The notes under the pieces are model-generated. The model was not told the origin of the DNA. It worked only from the letters and a program-made list of their open reading frames with translations, and ran no database searches. A stretch of DNA of 64,000 nt, taken from contig OX597815.1 of NCBI GenBank assembly GCA_951406725.2, positions 189,596,001 through 189,660,000 of the forward strand, given 5' to 3'. This DNA comes from Octopus vulgaris (lineage: Eukaryota). Position 1 is the first letter of the stretch. Each line of letters opens with the position of its first letter. Of this stretch, positions 37,020 to 50,000 are shown in pieces. The position numbers and the translations under genes are program-made.

Positions 37020-38351
37020 GTCGGTGAGCTGGCTGAAACGTTAGCGTGCCAGGTGAAATGATTAGCTGTATTTCGTCTGCCGCTACGTTCTGAGTTCAAA
37101 TTCTGCTGAGGTCGACTTTGCCTTTCATCCTTTCGGGGTCGATTAAATAAGTACCAGTTACGCACTGGCGATGGTATGATCGACTTAATCCGTTTGTCTG
37201 TCCTTGTTTGTTGTTTGTTCTCTCTGTGTTTAGCCCCTTGTGGGTAGTAAAGAAATAGGTATTTCGTCTGCCGCTACGTTCTGAGTTCAAATTCCGCTGA
37301 GGTTGACTATACCTTTCAACCTTTCGGGGTCGATTAAATAAGTACCAGTTACGCACTGGGGACGGTATAATCGACTCAATCCGTTTGTCTGTCCTTGTTT
37401 GTCCTCTCTGTGTTTAGCCCCTTGTGGGTAGGAAAGAAATAGGTATTTTGTCTGCCGCTACGTTCTGAGTTCAAATTCCACCGAGGACGACTATGCCTTT
37501 CATCCTTTCGGGGTCGATTAAATAAGTACCAGTTACGCACTGGGGTCGATATAATCGACTTAATCTGTTTGACTGTCCTTGTTTGTCCTCTCTGTGTTTA
37601 GCCCCTTGTGGGAAGTAAAGAAATAGGTATTTTGTCTGCCGTTACGTTCTGAGTTCAAATTCCGCCAAGGTCGACTTTGCCTTTCATCCTTTCGGGGTCG
37701 ATAAATTAAGTACCAGTTATGCACTGGGGTCGATATAATCGACTTAATCTGTTTATCTGTCCTTGTTTGTTCTCTCTGTGTTTAGCCCCTTGTGGGTTGT
37801 AAAGAAATAGGTATTTCGTCTGCCGCTACGTTCTGAGTTCAAATTCCACCGAGGACGACTATGCCTTTCATCCTTTCGGGGTCGATTAAATAAGTACCAG
37901 TTACGCACTGGGGTCGATATAATCGACTTAATCTGTTTGACTGTCCTTGTTTGTCCTCTCTGTGTTTAGCCCCTTGTGGGAAGTAAAGAAATAGGTATTT
38001 TGTCTGCCGTTACGTTCTGAGTTCAAATTCCGCCAAGGTCGACTTTGCCTTTCATCCTTTCGGGGTCGATAAATTAAGTACCAGTTATGCACTGGGGTCG
38101 ATATAATCGACTTAATCTGTTTATCTGTCCTTGTTTGTTCTCTCTGTGTTTAGCCCCTTGTGGGTTGTAAAGAAATAGGTATTTCGTCTGCCGCTACGTT
38201 CTGAGTTCAAATTCCACCGAGGTCGACTATGCCTTTAATCCTTTCGGGGTCGATTAAATAAGTACCAGTTACGCACTGAGGATGGTATATTCAACTTAAT
38301 CCGTTTGTCTGTCCTTGTTTGTTCTCTCTGTGTTTAGTAAAGAAATAGGTA
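37020..38351 (+). repeat. Head-to-tail array of 7 family D SINE bodies (184-bp period) behind a single tRNA head
   Basis: Units start with GTATTT at 37068, 37259, 37443, 37627, 37811, 37995 and 38179. Confidence 0.92.
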
Positions 38352-38627
38352 AATAAATGACTGTACTATCCTAAGAATTTAGCTAAAAATTACCTTGCAG
38401 CTATTCAATCACATGAGATAGATGCATTTTAATTTTGATTTCTTTTAGATTTCATTAGAATTACACTAAACAATAAGTAGAGAACAGTCTGATATCACAG
38501 AGGCTCAGTATAGCAACAGCTTAGCAACAGTTAAGGAAACCTGTCATCATCATTGTCATGGTCGCTGTTGTCATCGTTGTCATTGGCAACATCATCATCA
38601 TTGTTATAATAACAACATTTCCATATA

Positions 38628-38857
38628 CTCTTTACTTTCTTTTACTTGTTTCAGTCATTTGACTGTGGCCATGCTGGAGCGCCACATTCAGTCGCACACA
38701 TCGAACCCAGGACTTATTCTTTGTAAGACCAGTACTTATTCTATCGGTCCCTTGTGCCGAACTGCTAAGTTACAGAGACCTAAACACACCAACATCAGTT
38801 GTCAAGCTATGTTGGGGGTACAAACACAGACACACAAACACACACACATATAAATGA

Positions 38858-38891
<34 letters not shown>

Positions 38892-39053
38892 GACAGGCTT
38901 CTTTCAGTTTCAGTCTATCAAATCCACTTGCAAGGCTTTAGTCAGCCTGAGGATATAGTAGAAGATACTTGCCCAAGGTGCCACACGGTGGGACTGAACA
39001 CGGAATCATGTGGTTCGTAAGCAAGTTACTTACCACACAGCCACTCCTATGCC
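38628..39053 (-). mobile_element. Family A SINE
   Basis: Reverse-complement family A sequence. Confidence 0.9.
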
Positions 39054-39295
39054 TAGATGCATAGATTAAATGAGATTTGCTGAGGCAAATTTATGTGACA
39101 GGTTGAACCAAGCAGAGTAATAGTATAAATAAATAACACTATATTGGGACGTGTTTTTGCACAGGGTGTCCAGAATTCACCCTTCTCAACAAGCAAGCTT
39201 GGTGGGGTTGCCAGTTTAGTCATCAACAATCTGACCGTGCCACAGGATGCACTGGATTTCATGTTACCAGTAATGCAAATGTGACTTGGCATAAT

Positions 39296-39463
39296 ACCAT
39301 CATCATCATCATCACCATCATCATCATCACTACCACCATCATCACCATCATCACCATCACCATCATCATCATCATCATCATCACCACCACCACCACCACC
39401 ACCACCACCACCACCACCACTACCACAACCACTACAACCACCACCACCACCACCACCATCACC

Positions 39464-39497
<34 letters not shown>

Positions 39498-39505
39498 TCA
39501 TCATC
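39296..39505. repeat. (CAT)n/(CAC)n microsatellite
   Basis: Visible directly. Confidence 0.95.
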
Positions 39506-39632
39506 GTGTAACATCTGCCTTCAAATGATATATATATATATATATATACATACACACACACACACACACACACACATACACACATACACACATACACACA
39601 CACACACACATATATATATTTATAGAAAACAA

Positions 39633-40057
39633 AGTGGCTGTGTGGTAAGTAGCTTGCTTACCAACCACATGGTTTGGGATACAGTCCCACTGTGTGACAC
39701 CTTGGCCAAGTGTCTTCTACTATAGCCTTAGGCTGACCAAAGCTTTGTGAGTGGATTTGGTAAATGAAAACTGAAAGAAGCCTGTTGTATATATATATAT
39801 ATGTGTGTATGTTTGTATTTCTTGTGTGTGTATATGTTTGTGTGTGTGTGTGCTTGTGCCCTCCCCATCATCGTTTGACAACCGATGCTGATGTGTTTAT
39901 ATCCCCTGTAACTTAGCAGTTAGGCAAAAGATACTGATAGAATAAGTACTAGGCTTACAAAGAACAAGTCTTGGGGTCGATTTGCTCAACTAAAATCGGG
40001 GCTCCAGCATGGTCACAGTCAAATCACTGAAACAAATAAAAGAAAAGTAAAAGAAAG
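39633..40057 (+). mobile_element. Family A SINE
   Basis: Family A head, CORE-like block and tail. Confidence 0.88.
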
Positions 40058-40189
40058 ATGACACCAAAAAAGTCAAATGTTATGTAATGAATTTCATTAG
40101 CTTACAGCTGTTTCCGCTATGTGGTGGACTCTTATATTATCCTATAGCTTCATCAGAGCCTTTACCATTTTATATTCATATAACAAAAT

Positions 40190-40366
40190 CCCCCACTACA
40201 CTCTCGGAGTGGTTGGCGTTAGTAGGGCATCCAGCTGTAGAAACACTGCCAGATCTGACTGGCCTGGTGCAGCCTTCGGGCTTGCCAGACCCCAGTTGAA
40301 CCGTCCAACCCATGCTAGCATGGAAAGCGGACGTTAAACGATGACGATGATGATGATGATGATGAT
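40190..40366 (+). mobile_element. Family B retroposon, tail only
   Basis: Family B tail with (GAT)n. Confidence 0.8.
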
Positions 40367-40416
40367 TGTTCTGGATGTGTATTGAGTTCCACACTAGGTT
40401 ATTAGTATCACTAATA

Positions 40417-40832
40417 GGCGCAGGAGTGGCTGTGTGGTAAGTAGCTTGCTAACCAACCACATGGTTCCGGGTTCAGTCCCACTGCGTGGCATCTTGGGCA
40501 AGTGTCTTCTGCTATAGCCCTGGGCCGACCAATGCCTTGTGAGTGGATTTGGTAGACAGAAACTGAAAGAAGCCTGTCGTATATATGTGTATATATATAT
40601 ATATGTATGTGTGTTTGTGTGTCTGTGTTTGTACCCCTAGCATTGCTTGACAACCGATACTGGTGTGCTTACGTCCCCGTCACTTAGCGGTTCGGCAAAA
40701 AGAGACCGATAGAATAAGTACTGGGCTTACAAAGAATAAGTCCCAGGGTCAATTTGCTTGACTAAAGGCGGTGCTCCAGCATGGCCGCAGTCAAATGACT
40801 GAAACAAGTAAAAGAGTAAAAGAGTAAAGAGT
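40417..40832 (+). mobile_element. Family A SINE, full length, low divergence
   Basis: Retains many CpGs; nearly identical to 47023-47452 and 54307-54729. Confidence 0.92.
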
Positions 40833-41011
40833 AATAACCTAAATATTAAGGTATATATATAATATAAATAATTTGGGAAAACAAATTTCCAAATCAATCA
40901 GGTAGAACCCTTCAGCATTATATGCATCTACATATCGTACCTTGGGGTCTTATTCATCTTATATTTATATATTTATCTATAAATATACAAAGTATCTGAT
41001 AAAAGTCAATG

Positions 41012-41297
41012 TTAATTCAATTTGGGGGGATTAATCGATATTCTGGTATTCTATTTCAGATAATACAAAAAATAATGAGTATATTTAATGAGTATATCTG
41101 AAAGTAAACTCATCTTATCAGTTTGCACATCACGAAATAATACTTAAAGAATATAACCAAAAATTACCAGCAGGGTATATATCATACATCATTAATTATC
41201 TCCTACTTTTAGTTAATACTTAAATTTATTAAATATGAAGGAACTACATGTGTTTCTGTATTGGAAGATTACAATATATATACATATACACAACTGT

Positions 41298-41328
<31 letters not shown>

Positions 41329-41681
41329 CAAATACATATATGCAATCGTCAGATTTACAATTATTCCAACACATCTTCAGGTTCTTTTTCAAAATATTAT
41401 ATATCTAATTTTACACCTCTTTAAAGAATAATCAATACAATTAAGCATTAAAGATTAAAAATTAAAAATACAAATTATACTTAGTAATCTTAAGTATTAA
41501 AATTTAGAAATTATACATTATAAATACGAATTAGTAATTTTTGATTATATCCTTTAAGTATTATTTCGTGATGTGCAAACTGATACCATGAGTTTACTGT
41601 CAGATATACGCATTAGGTTATTTTTTGTATTATCTGAAATAGAATACCTGCATATCGATTAATCGCCCAAAATTGAATTAA
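41012..41681. mobile_element. Foldback/MITE-like element with long imperfect terminal inverted repeats
   Basis: 41012-41167 (TTAATTCAATTT...GCACATCACGAAATAATACTTAAAG...AAATTAC) is the reverse complement of about 41533-41681; weaker similarity extends to ~220 bp. Confidence 0.75.
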
Positions 41682-41752
41682 TATATATATATAAAAATAT
41701 ATGTATGTGTATATATATATATGTTTGTATGTATATATATAGCTTTGTTTAA

Positions 41753-42215
41753 CCCTTTCGTTACTGTATTTATTTTGAGATGCTCTGTGTGTCTTTCAAT
41801 TACTTTAAATATAACAAAGAATTTAGTAAAATAACTTAGTTATCATTAAGCTAGTGTTAGGAACATAAATTGTGACTAATGTTTGGTGGAAGATTTTAAT
41901 TCAAAACTTATGAAAACAAGACATTTGTACTACACAGCCAGAGGTGGTTTCAGCCGAGTTGGTAACAAAAGGGTTAAATTAATCATTTGTTAACCCTTTT
42001 CTTACCATATTTCTTTTGAGATGCTCTGTGTTTCTTTCAATTAATTTTAAATATAACAAAGAATTTAGTAAAATAACTAAGTTATCATTAAGCTAGTATT
42101 AGGAACATAAATTGTGACTAAGGTTTGGTGGAAAATTTTAATTCAAAACTTATGAAAACAAGACATTTGTACTACAGAGCCAGAGGCGGTTTCAGCCGGG
42201 CCGGTAACAAAAGGG
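41753..42215 (-). mobile_element. Second tandem pair of the same piggyBac-type MITE, opposite orientation
   Basis: Copies at 41753-41973 and 41994-42215; the spacer ATTAATCATTTG is the reverse complement of the first pair's spacer with one mismatch. Confidence 0.85.
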
Positions 42216-43281
42216 TTATCAGCATTTATAGATTTCCAGCATTTATAAATTTCCAGGACTCACTGTATTAATTTATTGATAGCAACCTACAGCATACACA
42301 GCATTGGACCCCAAAACTCATGGGGCCTCTGAGCAATTGTCCAGCATTTACATGCCTTGAAACTGCACTACAGGGGACATTGTCTTCAGCAATTATTTCA
42401 AATAAGATAATGATAAGACCCATCTAATCCATGTCGCATTCCTAATCATTTTATTGCTTTCATAAGACAAATGTAAGAAGATTTGTTTGCCAACTTCTTT
42501 GTGAAGCCCCAAATTTATAAGAGATGATGGCTAAATTCTCTCATCCTAACATTTATTTTACTTAATTCTTTTGTCTGCATCTTCTACTGGCCTGTGGCTT
42601 TAAATAAGGTCATCTATTAGCAACGCATGTCTACAATAAAGCAATCAGTTGTCTGGCATATGACAACTAATAGCTATTATAGTCACTTTTCCAGCTAACC
42701 TACTTTTGGTAGGTAAGCTCCTAGCTTACCTACTCAAAATCTGTTGTACATAAATACAAAATATTTTCTATAAGAGAATAAACATTGGTTTCTGAGAGAC
42801 TCTACTGTCATATAACCATACATTGCTTAATAAAAATCAAAATGGGAAAGAAAATGTAAATAACTACCAAAATAATATAACATTTCAATGTACTTTGCTT
42901 CATTGCTGGAGATAACTTTTATTTTTCTCCCATTTCCTTTCTTTTTAATGCTTTTGTCTTGCCATAGAAAACTGCAAACATGTCACAGAGGTCAGTTCTG
43001 TAAAGCCATTCTTTTAAGCTGTATATCAATGCTTCCTTTCCTGTTCAAATGCATTCATATAATGGCTGTGTGTGTGAGTGTGTGTGTATTTGTTTGTGTG
43101 TGTTTGTGTGTGTTTGTGTGTGTTTGTGTGTGTATGTGTGTGTATGTTTGTGTGTGTATATAGATTGACAGATAGATAGACAGATAGACAGATATACAAA
43201 TATTTACATATTCCCCTCCACACACATATACATATATTATATATATATATATATGTGTGTGTATATATATATGTATATATA

Positions 43282-43331
<50 letters not shown>

Positions 43332-44542
43332 TATATGTTTATATGTATACTCAAACACACACATACACACACACAGATGCGTGCACACACAGACGCGTGC
43401 ACACACAGACGCGTGCACACACAGACGCGTGCACACACAGACACACACATGCACATACACTTGTACTTTCTCCCTCGATCTCATCTCACTCGCAGAAATA
43501 ATTATTTCTTTTCATGACCTGTATCTCATTTGGCATGCTTATCACTCTTCAGCTGCCAACCCAGCAAAGCAGTGAATACATGGACCCTTGACTAACACGA
43601 CTGAAAGTTAAACAAATATTGTTAACAAAAACACCTCCACAGATTCACTCTTCCAAACTGAAAGGACAATTTTGAATACTAGTTAATTATAGGAATTATA
43701 GGAATCTATTTTCTATCTTCTTTTCATATCTCTTCTCCCCCTTGTAAAAGGTATCAACACAAATAAGTAGAAACATACCCATATATATTATGATAGTGAT
43801 GTATATTTTTATGGATTTTTTTTTAGTCATCTATTCTGTGTACTGTCAAGAAAGATATACAGTGAAAGCTTTATATAAATATTATTGATTTTTTTCCCTC
43901 TCCCTCCTTACCTTGTTATATATTGATCATTAGGTGATATTATACATTTTTATTTGTTTTTGGTATTTTTTTCTTTTAGAGTCACATTCTTATGATCATT
44001 GCATTATTAAACATATGTTTTAGACTAATGGAAATATTATTAGTTTTGTGACTGAGTTGCTTTAATTTTATATATTTAAAAATAAATAATTCATCTTGTT
44101 TAGGATTGTAATAGAATATTTTACCACACTAAAAAGATTAGTGTCTGCATAGAGTGAGAGAGAGACCCTGTTTTCTTTCACACTCCCAAATTAACATTAG
44201 TCATATAATGAGGGGCCCCAGTGACAGAAATCTACATGGTTGTTGTCTATAACTACAGTCATTTCTTCCCTGCATGTAGTTAGTATAAGAAAGAGCCTCG
44301 ACACAGCTGTTCAATCTACAAGAAATAACAACCAAATCTCACTCAAATTCAAAACTATTACCTGAAGAAAAAAGGTGAGAAAAAGAAGAAGGTTACATTG
44401 GATAATTTAGTGCAGGGACATATGCTTGAAAAATATGAGCATGGTCATGGCTGGAAAGCCTTTGAACACAGGTCTGCACATTCTGTACTGCTGTGCAGTT
44501 AAACAACAACAATTTAAAATGAATTAAAATTAATAGCACTAT

Positions 44543-44970
44543 AGGCGCAGGAGTGGCTGTGTGGTAAGTAGCTTGCTTACCAACCACATGGTTCTGGGCT
44601 CAGTCCCACTGCATGGCACCTTGGGCGAGTGACTTCAACTATAACCTCGAGCCAACTAAAGCCTTGTGAGTGGATTTGGTAGACGGAAACTGAAAGAATC
44701 CCGTTGTATATATATATGTGCGTGTGTGTGTGTGTGTGTGTATGTGTGTGTGTGTATGTGTGTGTGTGTTTGTCTCACCCCACCATCGCTTGACAACCGA
44801 TGCTGGTGTGTTCATGTACCTGTAACTTAGCAGTTTGGCAAAAGAGACCGAGAGAATAAGTACTAGGCTTACAAAGAATAAGTCCCGGTGTCGATTTGCT
44901 CGACTAAAGGTGGTGCTCCAGCATGGCCGCAGTCAAGTGACTGAAACAAATAAAAGAAAGTAAAAGAAAG
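44543..44970 (+). mobile_element. Family A SINE
   Basis: Family A head, CORE-like block and tail. Confidence 0.9.
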
Positions 44971-45179
44971 CAGATACTTTTATCTAGTTTGCTTGCTTGC
45001 TTGTTGTTGTTGTTGTTGTTGTTGTTTAACATCCCTCCCACCAGCCCAGCCCTTATTGAGCCCTGATTATTATCAACAATATTTTAAAAAAATAGTAATG
45101 TATTTACTTGAATTTGATTGCTATTTCTAGCACGGCAAGCAACTATGTAGAGGCTACTTTATTGGCTCTGATTATTCAA

Positions 45180-45399
45180 CCCTTTAGCATATCTAGCTAA
45201 AATATTCTACCTGTTATTTTTTCTTTTTATGCTTCAAACCAGACAGATCAGGCCTCTCATACCTTACTCTGCAATGTCATTCTAAAACTTAACAATCACA
45301 TCATCGAGAGCTTGTAGCTATGAGATATTGAAGGATTAATACAAGACAATGCCAATAAACAAACATTGCTTTTGACAGAATAATCTGAATGCTAAAAGG
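45180..45399. mobile_element. Second piggyBac-type MITE family
   Basis: TCAA-CCCTTTAGCAT...ATGCTAAAAGG-TTAA terminal inverted repeats, 220 bp. Confidence 0.6.
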
Positions 45400-45424
45400 T
45401 TAAGAGTTCATTCAAATATCTCAG

Positions 45425-45620
45425 AACCTGCTGAAGCTCCACGCGGCTCCAGCAGAAGGTAATGGCAAACTTCTGCTGACTCTTTCGCCACAACTTTCTT
45501 TCACTCTTGCAGCTCACTTGCGACAGACCGGCATCCCATCCAGGTGGGGAACCTATATGCCAAAGAAACCGGGAAACCAGCCCTTATGAGCCAGGCATAG
45601 CTCGAGGAGGAACAAACATA
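45425..45620 (+). mobile_element. Family C SINE fragment (tail type 2)
   Basis: Matches 13040-13245 in reverse. Confidence 0.7.
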
Positions 45621-47022
45621 ACACAGTTGCCTCATAACTAGGTAAGAAATCAATACTTGAAATTTTTTGGTAAGTTCTGAGCAAACTACATCAAATTTTA
45701 CATTAAAAAAATTGAAAGATTTCTATAAAAGTAAGATTATAAAAAAAAAAAGATAAACAGAAAAAAACGAAATGCAATAAAAACATTGGTTACAGGAAAA
45801 TACAAAATCAATCACACAAGACATAATGCTATAGAAATAATGTTCACTCATATAATTAATTACAAAGTAACACAATTTCTTTTAGATATTATTGGCTATT
45901 ATAATTAGTGGAGCAAAATACATTCAAATACTAATTAACATAAACAGAGAATTTTTTTCCATTTTGTATTCATTCATTAAATTTTGGCTATTATTGTGAC
46001 AAATATGGTTTCCTGTGTGTCTTCCTGATTGCATAAAACGAATGGCATCAAATTAGCAGAATAATTGGAGCATTTGATAAAATGCCTTGTGGTGTCTGTT
46101 CTAATTCTTTATGTTCTGAGTTCAAATCCTGTCATTGGAAAGCTTCCCCTTTGACCCTTCCAGGGGCAATGAAATAAAGTGTCAGTCTAGTGTGGGGATT
46201 AGACAGAATTATTAGAGCCTCTTACAGAATATTTTGTTGCATTTGCTCCAAGTTTGAGGATTTATTGAAATAATTCAGAATCCTCTTCAGCCTAAGCCCT
46301 TAATTCTGTTGATAATTTAGTTGTGAAATATTGCAATTATACAGGAATATGGTGCCTGGTTATGTCCTGCTGCTTGGTGGCTTGGGCAAGCATCTTCTAC
46401 TATATAGCCTCAGGCTGGCCAAAGCCTTGTGAGTGAATTTGGCAAATGGAAACTGAAAGAAGCCCATTGTATATATGTGAGTGTATATATATATGTGTGT
46501 GTGTGTGTAAAAGATTAAAGCTGAATATCGCAATTATATAGGAATATGTTTGTAGGAAGACAATGTCATGATTAATTCTATGATGAAGAGGAAATTACAA
46601 AGGATTATTCTGCCCAAATATAGATAGTATTCAGCTAGTCTCTACCTGTGCTGTCATTTGTGCTTAGATCCAGACAGGTCCAGACAGGTGTGATAAACAT
46701 ATCTGTATCAGGCTAACAAGATGGTTTCAGGTAATAAATACCTAAAAGAAGGCAACAGGTAACCACCTTTGTCTGCTCAAGCATAACTGACCAGGCTGGT
46801 GGATGACTTTGATACTTAATAGCAGAAAGTAAATGGAATTGGTTCCTACATTCATCAGAGAGAATCTATTCGTGATCACTCACTCTGTTATAAATAACGG
46901 TTCAGTTCTAGATCCAACAATCTCATCTGTTCCATATATCTGAGATTATATTATCCAATGTGTTCTTCCTCTTTTATAAGATGGCAAGGTACGATCTGAG
47001 TGCAATTTAGTTCTTGTTTCTA

Positions 47023-47190
47023 GCAGGAGTGGCTGTGTGGTAAGTAGCTTGCTAACCAACCATATGGTTCCGGGTTCAGTCCCACTGCATGGCATCTTGG
47101 GCAAGTGTCTTCTGCTATAGCCCCGGGCCGACCAATGCCTTGTGAGTGGATTTGGTAGACGGAAACTGAAAGAAGCCCGTCGTATATATG

Positions 47191-47225
<35 letters not shown>

Positions 47226-47452
47226 ATGTGTTTGTGTGTCTGTGTTTGTCCCCCTAGCATTGCTTGACAACCGATGCTGGTGTGTTTACGTCCCCGTCAC
47301 TTACCGGTTCAGCAAAAGAGACCGATAGAATAAGTACTGGGCTTACAAAAGAATAAGTCCCGGGGACGATTTGCTCGACTAAAAGGCGGTGCTCCAGCAT
47401 GGCCACAGTCAAATGAGTGAAACAAGAAAAAGAGTAAGAGAGAGTAAAAGAG
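47023..47452 (+). mobile_element. Family A SINE, full length
   Basis: Family A head, CORE-like block and tail. Confidence 0.92.
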
Positions 47453-47739
47453 CATGTCAACTAATCACATAGAAACTTCTTTGGCAGCTTGTGAACAGTG
47501 AGGTACATAATAATCAAGCATCGTATACACACCTTGCCTTGCCCAAGGTGATCTGACACAAAACACAGCAGACCTGTATCTTTATATTCATATAAAATAT
47601 TTATATTAAAAATAACCTATGAATATTTTACTCGTAATTTTTTGAAAGATTAAAGCCGTAAATAAAACTCAATACTTGGTATTTAATTTAAATATATTAC
47701 ATGACTTTTATCACGAAAGACGTTTTACTACAATGTGAT

Positions 47740-47807
47740 CTCCTTCTCTCTGTCTTTCTTTCTCTTTCTATATATGTATATATGTGCATATATATGTATG
47801 TGTATGC

Positions 47808-47838
<31 letters not shown>

Positions 47839-47948
47839 TGTATAGATATATACATACATATAGATAGATATATATACATATATAAACCTGTCTTTCTTTC
47901 TCTTTCTATATATATATATATACACATATATATATATATATACATACA

Positions 47949-48004
<56 letters not shown>

Positions 48005-48024
48005 TAGATAGATAGATATATATT

Positions 48025-48069
<45 letters not shown>

Positions 48070-48075
48070 ATATAT

Positions 48076-48121
<46 letters not shown>

Positions 48122-48133
48122 AGAGAGAGAGAG

Positions 48134-48169
<36 letters not shown>

Positions 48170-48260
48170 TATATATATATATATATAGTATACATATATA
48201 CATATATATATACATATATATGTATGTATATATGTATACATATATATATATATATATAGA

Positions 48261-48303
<43 letters not shown>

Positions 48304-48370
48304 GTACATACATATATATGTATGTACATATATACATACACACACACAGACACATACATTCACATATAAC
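47740..48370. repeat. Compound (TA)/(TAGA)/(GA) microsatellite field
   Basis: Visible directly. Confidence 0.95.
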
Positions 48371-49207
48371 ATTATCTAATTTGAATATTTTTCCACAATC
48401 ATAAATGAGTGAGTGTAACTTTAATGGCTGACAATTATATTTAGATGGGTACTAGGCAACCAGATCTCAAACTACCATCATAAAATTAATGAAAAATATT
48501 GGCAAAAAAAAAAAAAGATTTGATAGACATCATATTTATTTCATCACATCCTCAAACAATCAATAGGTCAGTATATTTGGTATCTGAAATCAATCTGGTG
48601 GAAATATTTCTCATATATGTTGCTTAAGAAGCAGAAGAGGTTTACACATAAATATCGCATAAATACCACATACAAGTGTATATAATCACAGGACACAAAA
48701 GAGAGACAGACAGACAAGGAATGTAGCCCCTTTCGAAAAAATATGCAAAATTCAATATTCGATATATAACTGGTCTGAAAATATAATTTGTATTCTCGCA
48801 TTCATAGCTAGGTGGTGGTGGTGTTGGTGGGTTTGATAGGTTGGGAAAATCTCCGCCTTAGGCTGCGTATGTGCATAAAATATACATCGACGTTTTGTGT
48901 AAAAGCAAATATGAATACAACAGGTAGATAATGCCAAATCCATTTTAATTATTCAGTACTCTTTTTTCAGTCTAAATCTTGGTTACGCCCATGATTTTGT
49001 TCATATTTAAAACTGACGTGTATTTGCTATTATACAGAAAAAAAATATCGGCATTTCTGAAAACGGTGTAATGATTATTTCGATGACAAATGTGGTATAA
49101 AAATGAGAGAAGTGTTTAGCCCAAATCACCATCACTGCCATCATCATCACCAACCCCCACCCCTATACCATCATCATCATCATCATCATTACCACCACCA
49201 CCACCAG

Positions 49208-49243
<36 letters not shown>

Positions 49244-49267
49244 TAGCATCGTCACCACAACCACCAC

Positions 49268-49300
<33 letters not shown>

Positions 49301-49424
49301 TAGCATCGTCATCACAACCACCACCATCAGCATCATCATCGCCGTCATCATCATTACTGTCATCACCACCATCACCACCATCACTATCATTCCCACCTCC
49401 ACCATCATGATCACCACTACCACC

Positions 49425-50000
49425 ACCCTGATGCAGTACCAGCCACTGGCTCTAGTGGCTTCTGATCTTAACTGATTGGAAGTGTTATCATGTACATTGT
49501 TTTGTTTTGGTATAAAAGATAGGCTACAGCTAATATTCTGCTCAATACCACAGATTTGCATGTCAGTTGTTTGACCTTAACCAGTTGAGCATGTCCTTTA
49601 ATGGCTGACGGTATGTACATCTCTGATCACAAGCAGAAGTATTGGGGGAGCATCATAGCCATGTGTTGAGAGGAATTCTTAGAGGTTTGGGTAATCACCT
49701 CTGGAAACAGTTATTTCGTTCAATGACCTTAAACAGCCCTTATTCGGGGACCCTTTAAGCAGGATGGGCTACTCAGCTTGAAGAAAGTTCTAATTGGGTC
49801 CCACTTACAAGGTCACGTGCTGTTTATCTTGATATGAGATCACCATGTCGTGCATATATGGTTGTGATGCATGTACCTGGTGTACCCTTATCAGACGTGT
49901 AGTCATGATGGGTATATTAGGCTTCATATATTTTATCCGGTGTACCCTTATCAGACGTGTAGTCATGATGGGTATATTGGGCTTCATATATTTTATCCCA
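49425..50000. repeat. Unclassified dispersed repeat ending in a 60-bp direct duplication
   Basis: Start shared with 31397-31571; 49879-49938 is repeated at 49939-49998 with one mismatch. Confidence 0.7.

Noticed and set aside
37068-38351. Regular array as a possible CRISPR locus
   Set aside because: Units are repeated over their whole length with no unique spacers, there are no cas genes, and the unit is a SINE body.
38394-38466. Minus-strand segment with plausible acceptor and donor
   Set aside because: All three frames contain stops, so it is unsupported as a coding exon.
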